Assembly: GCA_041648335.1 (NCBI GenBank)
Contig: JBAZPG010000004.1
Span: forward strand, 13,793 to 77,792
Source of the DNA: Candidatus Micrarchaeia archaeon
GTDB lineage: Archaea; Micrarchaeota; Micrarchaeia; Norongarragalinales; Norongarragalinaceae
Direction: 5' to 3'
Length of the DNA stretch: 64,000 nucleotides
The first letter of the stretch is position 1; each line of letters begins with the position of its first letter. Under the pieces are notes generated by a model. That model saw nothing but the letters and a program-made list of their open reading frames with translations, was not told the origin of the DNA and ran no database searches. This document shows positions 20,242 through 29,441 of the stretch, piece after piece. The position numbers and the translations under genes are program-made.

Positions 20242-21224
20242 ATGCCTTGGACTTGAATCCAGCGGTTGCCGCTGTTTTAGCAGCACTCCTATTCTTGCCG
20301 TTTGCCTCCGCAGGCGGAGCCGCGGTCAGCGGGGGGAACGTATCCAACCTGCTCATCGATGCTTCGGTGCAGACGGGCGCGTGGGCGGGCGTTTACGGTT
20401 GGGTGGCTACGGGTGCGGGTGCGGTGGGTGAGACACTTTATTCGGGGAACGTATCCAACTTCACCGTGGTGTTCCCGTTGTATTGCACGGGCGGCGACAA
20501 CTTCCTGCTCGCCTCGAATTCCTCCACGCTGGATTGGAGCGCGCTCGCGAAGGGCGAACCGGCGGCGTTGGATTCGTTGCTGGGTTTCACCGGGAACGAG
20601 TCGGATTCGGCTAACCAGACGTTCAACGCGAGCGTGGACTACGCGATGGGCTCCCAGGTTTTCTTGGGGGCTAACGCGACTTACACTTTTTCGCAGTCCC
20701 TATCGCCCGGGTTCGACGAGGGGCTATTGGTGGATTCGTCGAGCGGGGCTTTCGTGTTCGTGACGCGCATTCACGCGGGCGAACTCGCGTTCTCGGGCGA
20801 ACCCGCGGACTTCCAGCTCTTGTTGCCCGTAGTCGGCGGTGTTGGTGCGAACGAATCGTATTACTTTTACGGTTCGGCGTTCAACTGCCCCGTGTCCACC
20901 GCGCCGTTGCAGCAGGGTGGGGCGGGCGGAGTGAACGTGCCCTATTCGCCGGACGGGGGCGGGGCGGGCGAGCCGACTTACGACCCGCAGAATTGGCCGG
21001 GCAAGGGTTGGGCTTCCCCGACTCCCCGGCCTTCACCCGCCGCTTCACCGTCGCCGCTTCCCGAGTTGAGCATAACCGGGGTGTTATTCGTAATGGAGGG
21101 CGGGGACATCCTGGGGTTGTCGGGTTTCGTGGCGCGCTATTGGTCGATTTTCGTTGTTGCCGCGATGTTCGCGGTGCTAATCGCGCTTGTCCTGTGGATG
21201 TTCGCCATGCGCCGCACCAACTGA
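20238..21224 (+). CDS. membrane-anchored paralog of 17758..18465
   Basis: AVSGGNVSNL..QTGAWAGVYG, DFQLLLP and YYFY, then a Pro/Gly linker and C-terminal TM. Confidence 0.75.
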   Translation: MNALDLNPAVAAVLAALLFLPFASAGGAAVSGGNVSNLLIDASVQTGAWAGVYGWVATGAGAVGETLYSGNVSNFTVVFPLYCTGGDNFLLASNSSTLDWSALAKGEPAALDSLLGFTGNESDSANQTFNASVDYAMGSQVFLGANATYTFSQSLSPGFDEGLLVDSSSGAFVFVTRIHAGELAFSGEPADFQLLLPVVGGVGANESYYFYGSAFNCPVSTAPLQQGGAGGVNVPYSPDGGGAGEPTYDPQNWPGKGWASPTPRPSPAASPSPLPELSITGVLFVMEGGDILGLSGFVARYWSIFVVAAMFAVLIALVLWMFAMRRTN

Positions 21225-24200
21225 CTTCAAGTCCGCCACGTTCACTTCAACTATGCGGCTGCCCTGCTTGCCCTGCATCGCGACGCCCACCAGGCAGTCC
21301 GCGTTCTTGTAAACCGTGTCGTTGTGCGTCACGACTATGAATTGCCCGTTCTTGCTCAACGCCTTCAACAACAACGCGAGCTTGCGCGAGTTCTCCTGGT
21401 CGAGCGCCGCGTCGGATTCGTCTAAAACGTAAACCGAGCTCGGGTTCGCGGACTGCACTGCGAACAGGAAGAGCAGGGCGATGAGGGCCTTTTCGCCGCC
21501 GCTCATCAGTTCCAGGTAGCGTATCTCCTTGTTGTCGAGTTCGACCTGAATCGTTAGTCCGCCCTCGAACGGCGCGTCCGGGTTCTCGAGGTAGAGCGAG
21601 CCGTGCCCGGTGAATATCTCGCCGAAAATGTTCTCGAACGACTTGTTGATGTGGTTGAACGTGGCCATGAACGTCTCCTTCTTCCTGCCTTCTATCTCGT
21701 TGATTATGCTGATTACCGCGTCCTTCTCCACGCCGAGTTGGGTGACGCGCTGCTTCTGTTCCTCGAGCTCGCGGAAACGTTGTCCGTACTTCTCGATTGC
21801 CGAGAGGTTCGGGTTCCCGAGTCCGGCGAGCGTCTCCTCGAGCTTCTTGCGCGCCAACGAGAGTTCCGGCTCGTGCTTCTTGGCGAGCTTCTCGCGCAGC
21901 GGTTCCACGCCCTCGTATTCCGCGAGGCGCGCCTTCGCCTCGACGAGGCGTTCGTCCACGTGCGCCTTCTGCACCTCGAGGTCCGTGCTCTCGCGGCGCA
22001 ACCCCTCGAGCGAGAACTGGCTGCCGCCTTTTTCGTTCGCCAGCGCGCCGATTTCCTTTTCGAGCCGGTTCCGCGTTTCCATGAGCTCCCCGAACTCCTT
22101 GGAGAACTCCCGGTAACGCTTCTGCTTCTCGGCGAGCGTCCCCTTGGCGGCACGTATCTCGTCGTCCGCCTTGTTCACCGCGTCCCTGCATTCCCCGAGG
22201 GCGCCCTCGGCTTCAGCGAAGCGCTTCTTCGCGGAATCGAACTCGCGTTGCGCGTACCCGCTCTTCGCCTCGGCCGCCTCCAACTCGGCGCGCGCCTTGT
22301 TCTCCGCGGTCTTCAACTCGCCGAGCTTGCGTTCGCGCTCGCGCGCGAGCCCGCCCAGGCGCGACTCCGTCTCCAAATCGATTTTCTCCTTGGCGGAAAG
22401 GTAATCGATGTTCAACTGGGAGAGGCGCTTGATCAACGCGCTCTTCTCCTCGTCCTTCCCCGCCGCGCCCTCGGCGCACTCCTTGATTTCCTTTTTCAAC
22501 TCGTTCGCCGCGCTCTTCGCGTTCGCGTTCCTCGACGTCCACTCCGCCTCGCTCTTGCGCGACTGCCCCAACTCGAGTTCGAGGGTCTTCAAGTTGAGTT
22601 CCGCACGGCTCTTCTCGCGGCGCGCTTCCGCGAGTGCATCGCGCACGCGGGACAATTCGGCGTAAACGCCCTCGCGCTCGGCTTTCGCCGCGTCCAAACG
22701 CGCGCGGAGTTTCTCGAGCGTAGCCTGTTCCGCGTAAACATTAACCGTCCGCTTCGCGCTCCCCCCGGTCACGAGCCCGCTTGCCTCCGCCAGTTCGCCC
22801 TGCATTGTCACGAGGCGCAGCTTGCGCACGAGCGGTTCCGCCGAGGCGAAGTCCTTCATCACCAGCGTGTTCCCGCACGCGTATTCCACCGCGCGGGCAA
22901 TCGAGGAATCGTATTCCAGCAAGTCGAGCAGGAACCCAACCGCACCCGGCGCCTTCGCGTGCTCCTTGTCCTCTGCCGACGGCTTTCGCGACTCGATTTT
23001 GTTAAGGGGAATGAACGACAAGCGCCCGAGGCGGTTCTTCTTCAAATACTCTACCGCCTGCCCGGCGGTCTTCACGGAATCAACAACAAGGTAGTTCAGG
23101 CGCGAGCCCAACGCGATGGTCACGGGGAGCGAGTGCTCGTCGTCGTAGGATATTAGTTCCTGGAGGATGCCGTGAACTCCCTTTACATTCTCCTTCACGC
23201 TCCGCGCCGCGGCAGTGTCCTCGCCCGCGCGTTCCCCAGCCATCTTTAAGCGGGACTCCTTCTCGACTATCTTCTCGCGGATTTCAAGGAGTTCGCCCTC
23301 GATTTTGGGTAAACCCTCGTTCAGCTTGCGTTCACTTTCGAAGAGTGCGCGTTGGCTGTTCTCCTTCTCGCGGTGCTCGCGTTCCGCTTGCTTGCGTTCC
23401 GCCTCGAGTTCGCTCTCCTTTCGCGCGTAATCCTCTTCGGGCGTGCCCTGGCGCAGGCGTTCGAGCTCGCGTTCCTTGAGTGCCTTGCGTTCGACCAATA
23501 TTGCGGATTCGCCCTGGAGTTTCTGGAGGGCGTCCTTGGTGCGCCCCATCTCCGTTTCGCACTCGCTTGCCTTGCGGCGCGCCTCCTGGAAGCCCTTCGA
23601 GAAAGCGTCCGCCTGCCCCAAGAGGGCTTTGAGTTCGCGTTCCTCTTTACCAACGATTTCCGCGAGCGACTTCGCCTCGTCGGCGAGTTCCTCCGAGCGC
23701 CGCTTCGCCCCGCCCAACTCGTCCTGGGCGCGCTGCATCGCGAGGCGTTCGTCGTCCTTGCGGCGTTCGAGGCGCGCCTCCTCGGTTTTCTTGTTGTCGA
23801 TGAGTTGCTTGTTCGCGTTGATTGCGTTGTTCAACGCGTTTATCTCGGCTTCGATTCCGCCCTCGAGGGCGCGCTTGTTCAACTCCGCGCTCGCCTGCTC
23901 TTTCTCCGCGTTCTTCGCGGTTATCCGCGCCTCGAGCTCCCTTATCTTGTGTTCCGCGGCGTTAGCCGCCGTTTCCCCGGCGAACAGCTTCTCGACGAGC
24001 GCCTCGAACTCCCTGGACAAGTCCGCGTGCGCGATTTCCGCGAGCGTGGCCTTCACGCGCTTTAACGCGGCATCCGTGTCGCGCCATTTCTCCGCCTTCT
24101 CCTTCTCGTCCTTCAACTCGCGGAGGTAACCCTCCTTCTCGTGCAAACTCACGTTCGCCTCGCCTATCTTCTGGTCCACGCGGCCGAGCTCGGCGAACGC

Positions 24201-24680
24201 CTCCTTCTTCTTCTCCTCGTACTCGCTCACGTTCGCGATTACGTCAATCAGTTCGCGGCGCTCCTTGGGGTGCATCTCGACGATGCGCTGGACTTCCCCC
24301 TGCTTGATGAAGTTGTTTAGCGAGATGCGCTTCTCGGCGAGGAACTCGTCGATTACGTACTTGTTCACGCGCTTGTCGTCCAGACGGTACTGCATCTTGC
24401 CGTCCGCCCGGATTTTGCGGGTGACGCTCCGCTTCTTGCCGTTGTCGTCGAACTCCACCGTGACCTCGGCAACGTTCGAGCCGTGCGAAATCAGGTCGCC
24501 TACCTTCTTGGCGCGCAACTGCTTGAGGCGCGAGTCCCCGAACGCGAACTGGAGGGCGTCCGTGATGTTGCTCTTCCCGCTCCCGTTCGGGCCGATCACG
24601 CAGTCCACGCCCGGCGTGAACGTGACCGTGGCGTTCTTGAACGACTTGAAGTTCTTCAGGACTACCTTATCTATGAACAT
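21177..24680 (-). CDS. smc: chromosome segregation protein SMC
   Basis: Walker A GPNGSGKSN, hinge LGRLSFIPL / GLVTGG, signature MSGGEK and Walker B VLDESDAALD. Confidence 0.97.
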   Translation of the reverse strand: MFIDKVVLKNFKSFKNATVTFTPGVDCVIGPNGSGKSNITDALQFAFGDSRLKQLRAKKVGDLISHGSNVAEVTVEFDDNGKKRSVTRKIRADGKMQYRLDDKRVNKYVIDEFLAEKRISLNNFIKQGEVQRIVEMHPKERRELIDVIANVSEYEEKKKEAFAELGRVDQKIGEANVSLHEKEGYLRELKDEKEKAEKWRDTDAALKRVKATLAEIAHADLSREFEALVEKLFAGETAANAAEHKIRELEARITAKNAEKEQASAELNKRALEGGIEAEINALNNAINANKQLIDNKKTEEARLERRKDDERLAMQRAQDELGGAKRRSEELADEAKSLAEIVGKEERELKALLGQADAFSKGFQEARRKASECETEMGRTKDALQKLQGESAILVERKALKERELERLRQGTPEEDYARKESELEAERKQAEREHREKENSQRALFESERKLNEGLPKIEGELLEIREKIVEKESRLKMAGERAGEDTAAARSVKENVKGVHGILQELISYDDEHSLPVTIALGSRLNYLVVDSVKTAGQAVEYLKKNRLGRLSFIPLNKIESRKPSAEDKEHAKAPGAVGFLLDLLEYDSSIARAVEYACGNTLVMKDFASAEPLVRKLRLVTMQGELAEASGLVTGGSAKRTVNVYAEQATLEKLRARLDAAKAEREGVYAELSRVRDALAEARREKSRAELNLKTLELELGQSRKSEAEWTSRNANAKSAANELKKEIKECAEGAAGKDEEKSALIKRLSQLNIDYLSAKEKIDLETESRLGGLARERERKLGELKTAENKARAELEAAEAKSGYAQREFDSAKKRFAEAEGALGECRDAVNKADDEIRAAKGTLAEKQKRYREFSKEFGELMETRNRLEKEIGALANEKGGSQFSLEGLRRESTDLEVQKAHVDERLVEAKARLAEYEGVEPLREKLAKKHEPELSLARKKLEETLAGLGNPNLSAIEKYGQRFRELEEQKQRVTQLGVEKDAVISIINEIEGRKKETFMATFNHINKSFENIFGEIFTGHGSLYLENPDAPFEGGLTIQVELDNKEIRYLELMSGGEKALIALLFLFAVQSANPSSVYVLDESDAALDQENSRKLALLLKALSKNGQFIVVTHNDTVYKNADCLVGVAMQGKQGSRIVEVNVADLKSVGAAHGEHPQDKRD

Positions 24681-24797
24681 GGCTTTTTCCAGCGTTCCGG
24701 GTTGATGGTAGGAATCACGCGAAACGCCTTTAAAATACGTTCACCGCGTCAAAGCCCACCCTATGGTTGCCTTCCTTTTTCCATCCTTGCCGTTGGC

Positions 24798-25220
24798 TCA
24801 ATTTAGCTGCTTAACCATCAAATCGGGCGCGCACTCTTCTTTCCTCTTGCAGTGTAGGCAAACAAAAAGAGGTTGCGGGAACTCGTCTTCGCCAATCTTT
24901 CTGAAGCCCGCCGCTTCATAGAACCCCCGGGCGTGCCGGGTTATCAAGAAAATGCGTTGGGCGCCTAGTTTTTTTGCGGTTTCAATAACCTTATTCATCA
25001 GTTTTGTTCCAATGCCCTTGTTTTGATGCTTTTTGTCAACCGCAAGCAGGTCGAGCTTGTATTCATTGCCGGAACCGCGGAGAATTACGCTGCCCACGGG
25101 TTTTCCGTCCTCTATGGCCTCCCACGCTTTCAGACAGTTGTCAAAAGGGTGCACGTTCATGCCGAAGCTCTTTGCGAGCGACTCCACGAACGCAAAGTTT
25201 TTCGTTTCCCTTATTTCCAT
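24798..25220 (-). CDS. GNAT family N-acetyltransferase
   Basis: Motifs LAVDKKHQNKGIGTKL and ARGFYEAAGF. AT-richer than neighbours. Confidence 0.85.
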   Translation of the reverse strand: MEIRETKNFAFVESLAKSFGMNVHPFDNCLKAWEAIEDGKPVGSVILRGSGNEYKLDLLAVDKKHQNKGIGTKLMNKVIETAKKLGAQRIFLITRHARGFYEAAGFRKIGEDEFPQPLFVCLHCKRKEECAPDLMVKQLN

Positions 25221-25269
25221 GATTTAATGTGCCTGGAGCCGGCTATTAAACTCTGGGGAATCCTGCGGT

Positions 25270-25398
25270 TCAGGAAAGGGGCGCGCACTCGACTATCGCC
25301 TCGTCGCCCTGCGCCGAGATGCCCCGCACCTCGAACGGCGACGCAGCGAACGCGGAAAGCAAATCCGCGTAACACAACTTGCTGACGTTTATTCTCAT
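25270..25398 (-). CDS. small hypothetical protein (42 aa)
   Basis: ATG at 25398 preceded by GAGGTG, immediately downstream of the tRNA. No recognisable motif. Confidence 0.4.
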   Translation of the reverse strand: MRINVSKLCYADLLSAFAASPFEVRGISAQGDEAIVECAPLS

Positions 25399-25426
25399 TT
25401 TTCCAACACCTCTTTTTTTGGGGACC

Positions 25427-25511
25427 TGCCGGGGGCGGGATTCGAACCCGCGATTGACCTTAGCCAAACCGCTCGACAGGCAGTCCCCTTAACCTGCTCG
25501 GGCACCCCGGC
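25427..25511 (-). tRNA. tRNA with GUC (Asp) anticodon, long variable arm and A73 (class II, Leu-like body)
   Basis: GCCGGGG TG CCCGAGCAGGTTAAGGG G ACTGC CTGTCGA GCGGT TTGGC-TAAG-GTCAA TC GCGGG TTCGAAT CCCGC CCCCGGC A. Acceptor, anticodon, variable and T stems pair (including G-U); the D stem is the short class II type. Confidence 0.85.
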
Positions 25512-25547
25512 GCAAAACCTTTTTATATTCCCTCCGGCACTCCTTCC

Positions 25548-25583
25548 CTTGACAGGCAGTTCCCTTCCGCCCGTTCGGGCACC
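25548..25583 (-). repeat. degenerate copy of the 5' half (D arm to anticodon loop) of the adjacent tRNA
   Basis: GGTGCCCGAACGGGCGGAAGGGAACTGCCTGTCAAG versus tRNA GGTGCCCGAGCAGGTTAAGGGGACTGCCTGTCGAG. Confidence 0.7.
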
Positions 25584-25694
25584 TTTTTCTTTTTTTGTTA
25601 CGGTTTAAAACCAAGGCTCGACCCGTGGCTGCCACTGCTTCCACTCCCCGTTCGGGCAAGAACGCTTTTAACCCCAAAAAGCGTATCCCTTGTC

Positions 25695-26240
25695 ATGGAT
25701 GCGGACGAGGAAGCCGTGCGCTCGCTCAAGCGCTTCTTTTCGGAGCGCGACTCGCGTTCCCTGGAGAGCCAGGCGGCTAGTTTGGCGCGCGAGGCGCTCG
25801 TTCGCACGGATTCCGTGCTCGTGGACTTGTCTATTCTCGCTTTCGTGTTATCCAAGCTCTCGAACAAGCAGCACATCATTGAGTCCCGTTCCTGGGGTCC
25901 CGCATCCGGACGCATCTTGAGCCACCTGGAGGAAGCCGCACTCCAGTTCAAGGGCGGGGCGCGCGTGAAGGCAGGGGAAAGCGTGCGCGCGGCGCTAAAC
26001 GACGTGGACGCCCTCGGATTGGCTGAGGGACGTTTTGTTTCGAGCATGGTGGAGAAGGGGCGCATCAAGGCGGCAGCCCAGATGTACGCGCACGGCGCCT
26101 CCCTGGGGGCAGTCGCCTCGTTTACAGGGGCTTCGAAGTCGGATTTGGCTGATTACGTGGGGAACACCAACATCCCGGACAAGTACTCCTCGATGCCGGT
26201 GCGCGAGCGGCTGGAAGCCGCACGGAAGGTTTTCTCATGA
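25695..26240 (+). CDS. hypothetical helical protein with C-terminal HTH-like segment, coupled to a PIN gene
   Basis: 181 aa with MYAHGASLGAVASFTG..K.DL. ATGA overlap with the next gene. Confidence 0.7.
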   Translation: MDADEEAVRSLKRFFSERDSRSLESQAASLAREALVRTDSVLVDLSILAFVLSKLSNKQHIIESRSWGPASGRILSHLEEAALQFKGGARVKAGESVRAALNDVDALGLAEGRFVSSMVEKGRIKAAAQMYAHGASLGAVASFTGASKSDLADYVGNTNIPDKYSSMPVRERLEAARKVFS

Positions 26241-26902
26241 ACATCGTGTGCGACAGCTCCACGCTAATCTCGCTGGGCTCCACCGGGGTGCTGGACTGCC
26301 TGGAGTTCCTCACCCAGAAGACCGGCGCGTCGTTCATCATTCCCCCCGCGGTCGAGCGCGAGATAATCGGGCACGCCCTCCGCATTGACAAGTACCGCTT
26401 CTCCGGACTCCGTCTAAAGAGCCTGGTGCGCCGCGGCGTGCTCAAGGTAGTCGCCCTGCCCCCGCTGACTCGCGAGGGGCACCGCATACTCGACGAGGCG
26501 AACAACGCGTTCAAGGAGCGCGGGCGCGCATTCCAAATCCTGCAGGAAGGCGAGGCGGAGTGCATCGCCCTGTTGTCGTTCGTGCCCGCGGCTGCGCTCG
26601 CGGTGGACGAGAAAACCACGCGCCTGTTGCTCGAGGACCCCGCGGGTTTGGCGCGCGTAATCCAAGCCGATGCCGGGGAGCGCGTGGAGGCGGACCAGGG
26701 CGCGCTTGCCGCGCTCGCAAAGCGCCGCGGCAATACGCCGATAATCCGTTCCACCGAGATTCTCGCGGTTGCCGTAGAAAAGGGCTTTTTCGATTCCTTC
26801 GGGCAAGACAAGGCCGAAGCGTTGAAGGCGGGAGTGAACGCGTTGCGGCGGGCGGGTTGCAGCATCAGCCACCGCGAGTTGGACGAGTACGAAAGCCTTT
26901 AA
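26237..26902 (+). CDS. PIN-domain protein
   Basis: Acidic PIN motifs IVCDSSTLISL, PPAVEREI, GEAECIAL and AVDEKTTR. Confidence 0.8.
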   Translation: MNIVCDSSTLISLGSTGVLDCLEFLTQKTGASFIIPPAVEREIIGHALRIDKYRFSGLRLKSLVRRGVLKVVALPPLTREGHRILDEANNAFKERGRAFQILQEGEAECIALLSFVPAAALAVDEKTTRLLLEDPAGLARVIQADAGERVEADQGALAALAKRRGNTPIIRSTEILAVAVEKGFFDSFGQDKAEALKAGVNALRRAGCSISHRELDEYESL

Positions 26903-26930
26903 TCCCTTTCCAGCCAAAATTCTTGGACAA

Positions 26931-27002
26931 GGGCTGGTAGATCAACGGTAGATCGCACGCTCCGCAAGCGTGAGGTTGCGGGTTCAAATCCCGTCCAGTC
27001 CA
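26931..27002 (+). tRNA. tRNA-Ala(CGC)
   Basis: GGGCTGG...CCAGTCC A with G3:U70. Anticodon arm CACGC TCCGCAA GCGTG, with C at position 33. Confidence 0.92.
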
Positions 27003-27007
27003 CTCGC

Positions 27008-27970
27008 GTGAAAAACAAGAAGAACATTTTCCTGTTTGCGAATGTTGTTTTAGCCGTCGCGCTCTTCTATTTGTTCTTCAAGGGCTTGGATTACGCGGCG
27101 TTGGGCGCGATACTCGGGCGCGCGCGCTTCGAGTGGATTCTTGCCGCAGCCGTGCTATACTATACCCTCCAGTTCTCCACTGCCCTGCGCCTGAAGTGGC
27201 TGAGCGACGAGCTCGTGCGCCCGGTGGGCGTTTTGGGTGTTTTCAAGGCGCATCTCGCGGGGCTGCTGTTCAGCGACTATACCCCGGGACGTGCGGGTTA
27301 CGCTTACTTCGTGGTGCGCGCCCGCGAGTGGGGGTTGAAGGCGCGCCAGGGCGTCCGCGTGTTCGGCGTCTCGCTCGCCTCGGACTTCTTCACGCGGGGC
27401 GTTTTCGCTGCGTTGAGCATTTACTACTTGTTCGATTCGCGGGAGGCGTTGCTCGCGTGCGCCGCCCTTCTAGTCGTTGGTTCGCTCGGGTTTCTGTGGG
27501 CGTTAACCGCGCCCCGCAAGCCCATCGCGCGCCTCCTTGCTTTGCTGCCGTCCACGGGTGCCGGGGAATTCTACGCGAGCGTGTTCAAGAAACGCATCTC
27601 CTCTCTGCTCGTCTACCTCAACGTTGGCGTGAGTTTCACCGGGGCGTTCGTGCGCGGCTTGGAGTGGATGTGCCTCGCCGCTGCCTTGGGGCATCCGTTC
27701 GCTTGGAGTGAACTATTCGTGTTCGCGGCGTTCAACTCCGTGTTGACTGCGTTGTCTTTCGTTCCGTTGAGTGTTGCCGGCCTCGGTTTGCAGGAGGGTG
27801 CGGGTGCGTTGTTCTTTTCGGCCGCACTCGGTGTTGATTTGGCTTTTGCGGGCGCGCTCATGCTCCTCGTGCGGTTCACCGAGGCGGGTTGCAACCTCGC
27901 GGGGTTGGCGGGTTTGGTTGCCCCAAGCGGGAAAACAAAGTCAACCAAAATTACGAAGAAGCGCAGCTGA
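27008..27970 (+). CDS. lysylphosphatidylglycerol-synthase-TM / UPF0104 flippase-like membrane protein
   Basis: Multi-TM, with YTPGRAG and VPLSVAGLGLQEG. Confidence 0.8.
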   Translation: MKNKKNIFLFANVVLAVALFYLFFKGLDYAALGAILGRARFEWILAAAVLYYTLQFSTALRLKWLSDELVRPVGVLGVFKAHLAGLLFSDYTPGRAGYAYFVVRAREWGLKARQGVRVFGVSLASDFFTRGVFAALSIYYLFDSREALLACAALLVVGSLGFLWALTAPRKPIARLLALLPSTGAGEFYASVFKKRISSLLVYLNVGVSFTGAFVRGLEWMCLAAALGHPFAWSELFVFAAFNSVLTALSFVPLSVAGLGLQEGAGALFFSAALGVDLAFAGALMLLVRFTEAGCNLAGLAGLVAPSGKTKSTKITKKRS

Positions 27971-28054
27971 GCCGCTGGAAAAATAAACCCCGTTTGCCGA
28001 ACCGCTGCTGTTTTCAGTAGTCGTTTTTGTTTTTGCGGTTTTATTGCTTCGGGT

Positions 28055-28756
28055 TCACTCGGCTTTCGCGGGCTTCTCGCGCGGCACGCATTCTTCCTTG
28101 AAGATTATCTTCTTGACTTCAGGGATGAATTCGGTGGCCTGCACGTAGAAGCGCGTCTTGAGCACGAGGTACTCGCGCGAGAACTTGTCCACCTTCTCGG
28201 GCACGTCCACCGTTCCCACGCCCGCCTCGTAAGCTACTTTTGCGTCGGGCAGCAGGTCGTCTGCGAGCGCGGTGAACTTGTCGCCGGGCTTCTCAAGCAC
28301 GTCGAGCACCTTGTACTCGTAAACGATTTCGCGGTCCGCGAGCGGGTGGTTGAAGTCCACGCGCACCCGTCCCCCGGAGACGCTCTGGACGCGGGCGCGC
28401 CTTCCGTCCAACTCGACGGGCATGCCCACGAACGGCTGCACCTTCTGCTCCTGGAATTTTGCCAGCGGCACCAGGCGGACTTCCTCGCTGTTCTTCCTGC
28501 CGAACGCCTTCTCGGGCGCCAGCGTCAGCGTCTTTTCATCGCCCTTCTTCGCCTTGAATAACTCTTCCTCCAAACCCTGGAGTATCTGGTGTTTTCCAAG
28601 GGGCACGAGCACCGGGCCGTACTTCACGCGCGGGTCGAACGTGCCGGCCTCGCGGGCGCGCTTCTCACTCGTAGTATCAAACACGACGCCGTCGTCCTTG
28701 GTTGCACCCGTGAAATCGATTTTAACGAAGTCCCCTTCCTTTGGCATTGAATACAT
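28055..28756 (-). CDS. slyD: FKBP-type peptidyl-prolyl isomerase (long archaeal SlyD-like)
   Basis: Motifs GDFVKIDFTG, VFDTT, PEKAFG and VRVDFNHPLA. Confidence 0.92.
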   Translation of the reverse strand: MYSMPKEGDFVKIDFTGATKDDGVVFDTTSEKRAREAGTFDPRVKYGPVLVPLGKHQILQGLEEELFKAKKGDEKTLTLAPEKAFGRKNSEEVRLVPLAKFQEQKVQPFVGMPVELDGRRARVQSVSGGRVRVDFNHPLADREIVYEYKVLDVLEKPGDKFTALADDLLPDAKVAYEAGVGTVDVPEKVDKFSREYLVLKTRFYVQATEFIPEVKKIIFKEECVPREKPAKAE

Positions 28757-28767
28757 TCACCTGTTTT

Positions 28768-29415
28768 TTAGTTCGTAGAGTTACCGCTGGTTTCGTTTAC
28801 AGTATTATTTCCATCCGCTTCGGGCTTTAAAGTTTCGCTTTCAAAGTCCGCAGCCGCCTGTTCGATTATCAGGCGCGCCACGCCGTCCGCGTCGATTTCC
28901 GCGTACACGCCCACCGGCACCTCGTCGCCGACTTCGACACCGAGTGCGTCCACGTATGCGGGCTGCCCGTTCAGGTTGACGGGTTGCAAGTCGCGGGTTT
29001 CGTTCGAGTCGAGCGTGTACAACGTGATTTTTGCAGCAAAATTAAGGCGCGCCACGCGCATCAAGAGCGCGTCGCACAACGGTTCGAGGGCGTCGCGTGC
29101 GTCCGCCATTGAGGCGTTCTCGTTGATTTGCGCGGCGTACGCGTTCTCGGACACCTTGTACACGAGCGTGAAGCCCGGCAGCGCTTCGAGCGCCGCCTGG
29201 GCTTGCGTGGAGTTGCACGAGAACGCGTATATCTGGTTCTCCAACTTCGTCACGGTGCCCGTGCCTTGGCCGCCGCCCTTGAACGCCGCCTGCGCGGCTG
29301 GCGAGGGTGTTGGTTTTGCCGAATCCGAAGAATACATGAGCACCGAGAACGTGCCAACGATGAACGTCAGTATTATCATTACCCCGAAGGCAACCATCAA
29401 CGTCTGTTTTTTCAT
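28768..29415 (-). CDS. hypothetical membrane-anchored protein
   Basis: N-terminal TM segment, backbone-like codon usage. Confidence 0.65.
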   Translation of the reverse strand: MKKQTLMVAFGVMIILTFIVGTFSVLMYSSDSAKPTPSPAAQAAFKGGGQGTGTVTKLENQIYAFSCNSTQAQAALEALPGFTLVYKVSENAYAAQINENASMADARDALEPLCDALLMRVARLNFAAKITLYTLDSNETRDLQPVNLNGQPAYVDALGVEVGDEVPVGVYAEIDADGVARLIIEQAAADFESETLKPEADGNNTVNETSGNSTN

Positions 29416-29441
29416 GAATAACCACCACTAGCTATTTTCAA

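Noticed and set aside
25452..25467. Variable arm of the GUC tRNA as a non-canonical intron
   Set aside because: The registers I tried gave no 4-bp central helix with 3-nt bulges, and the D arm and A73 are independently class II-like. A relaxed motif cannot be fully excluded.
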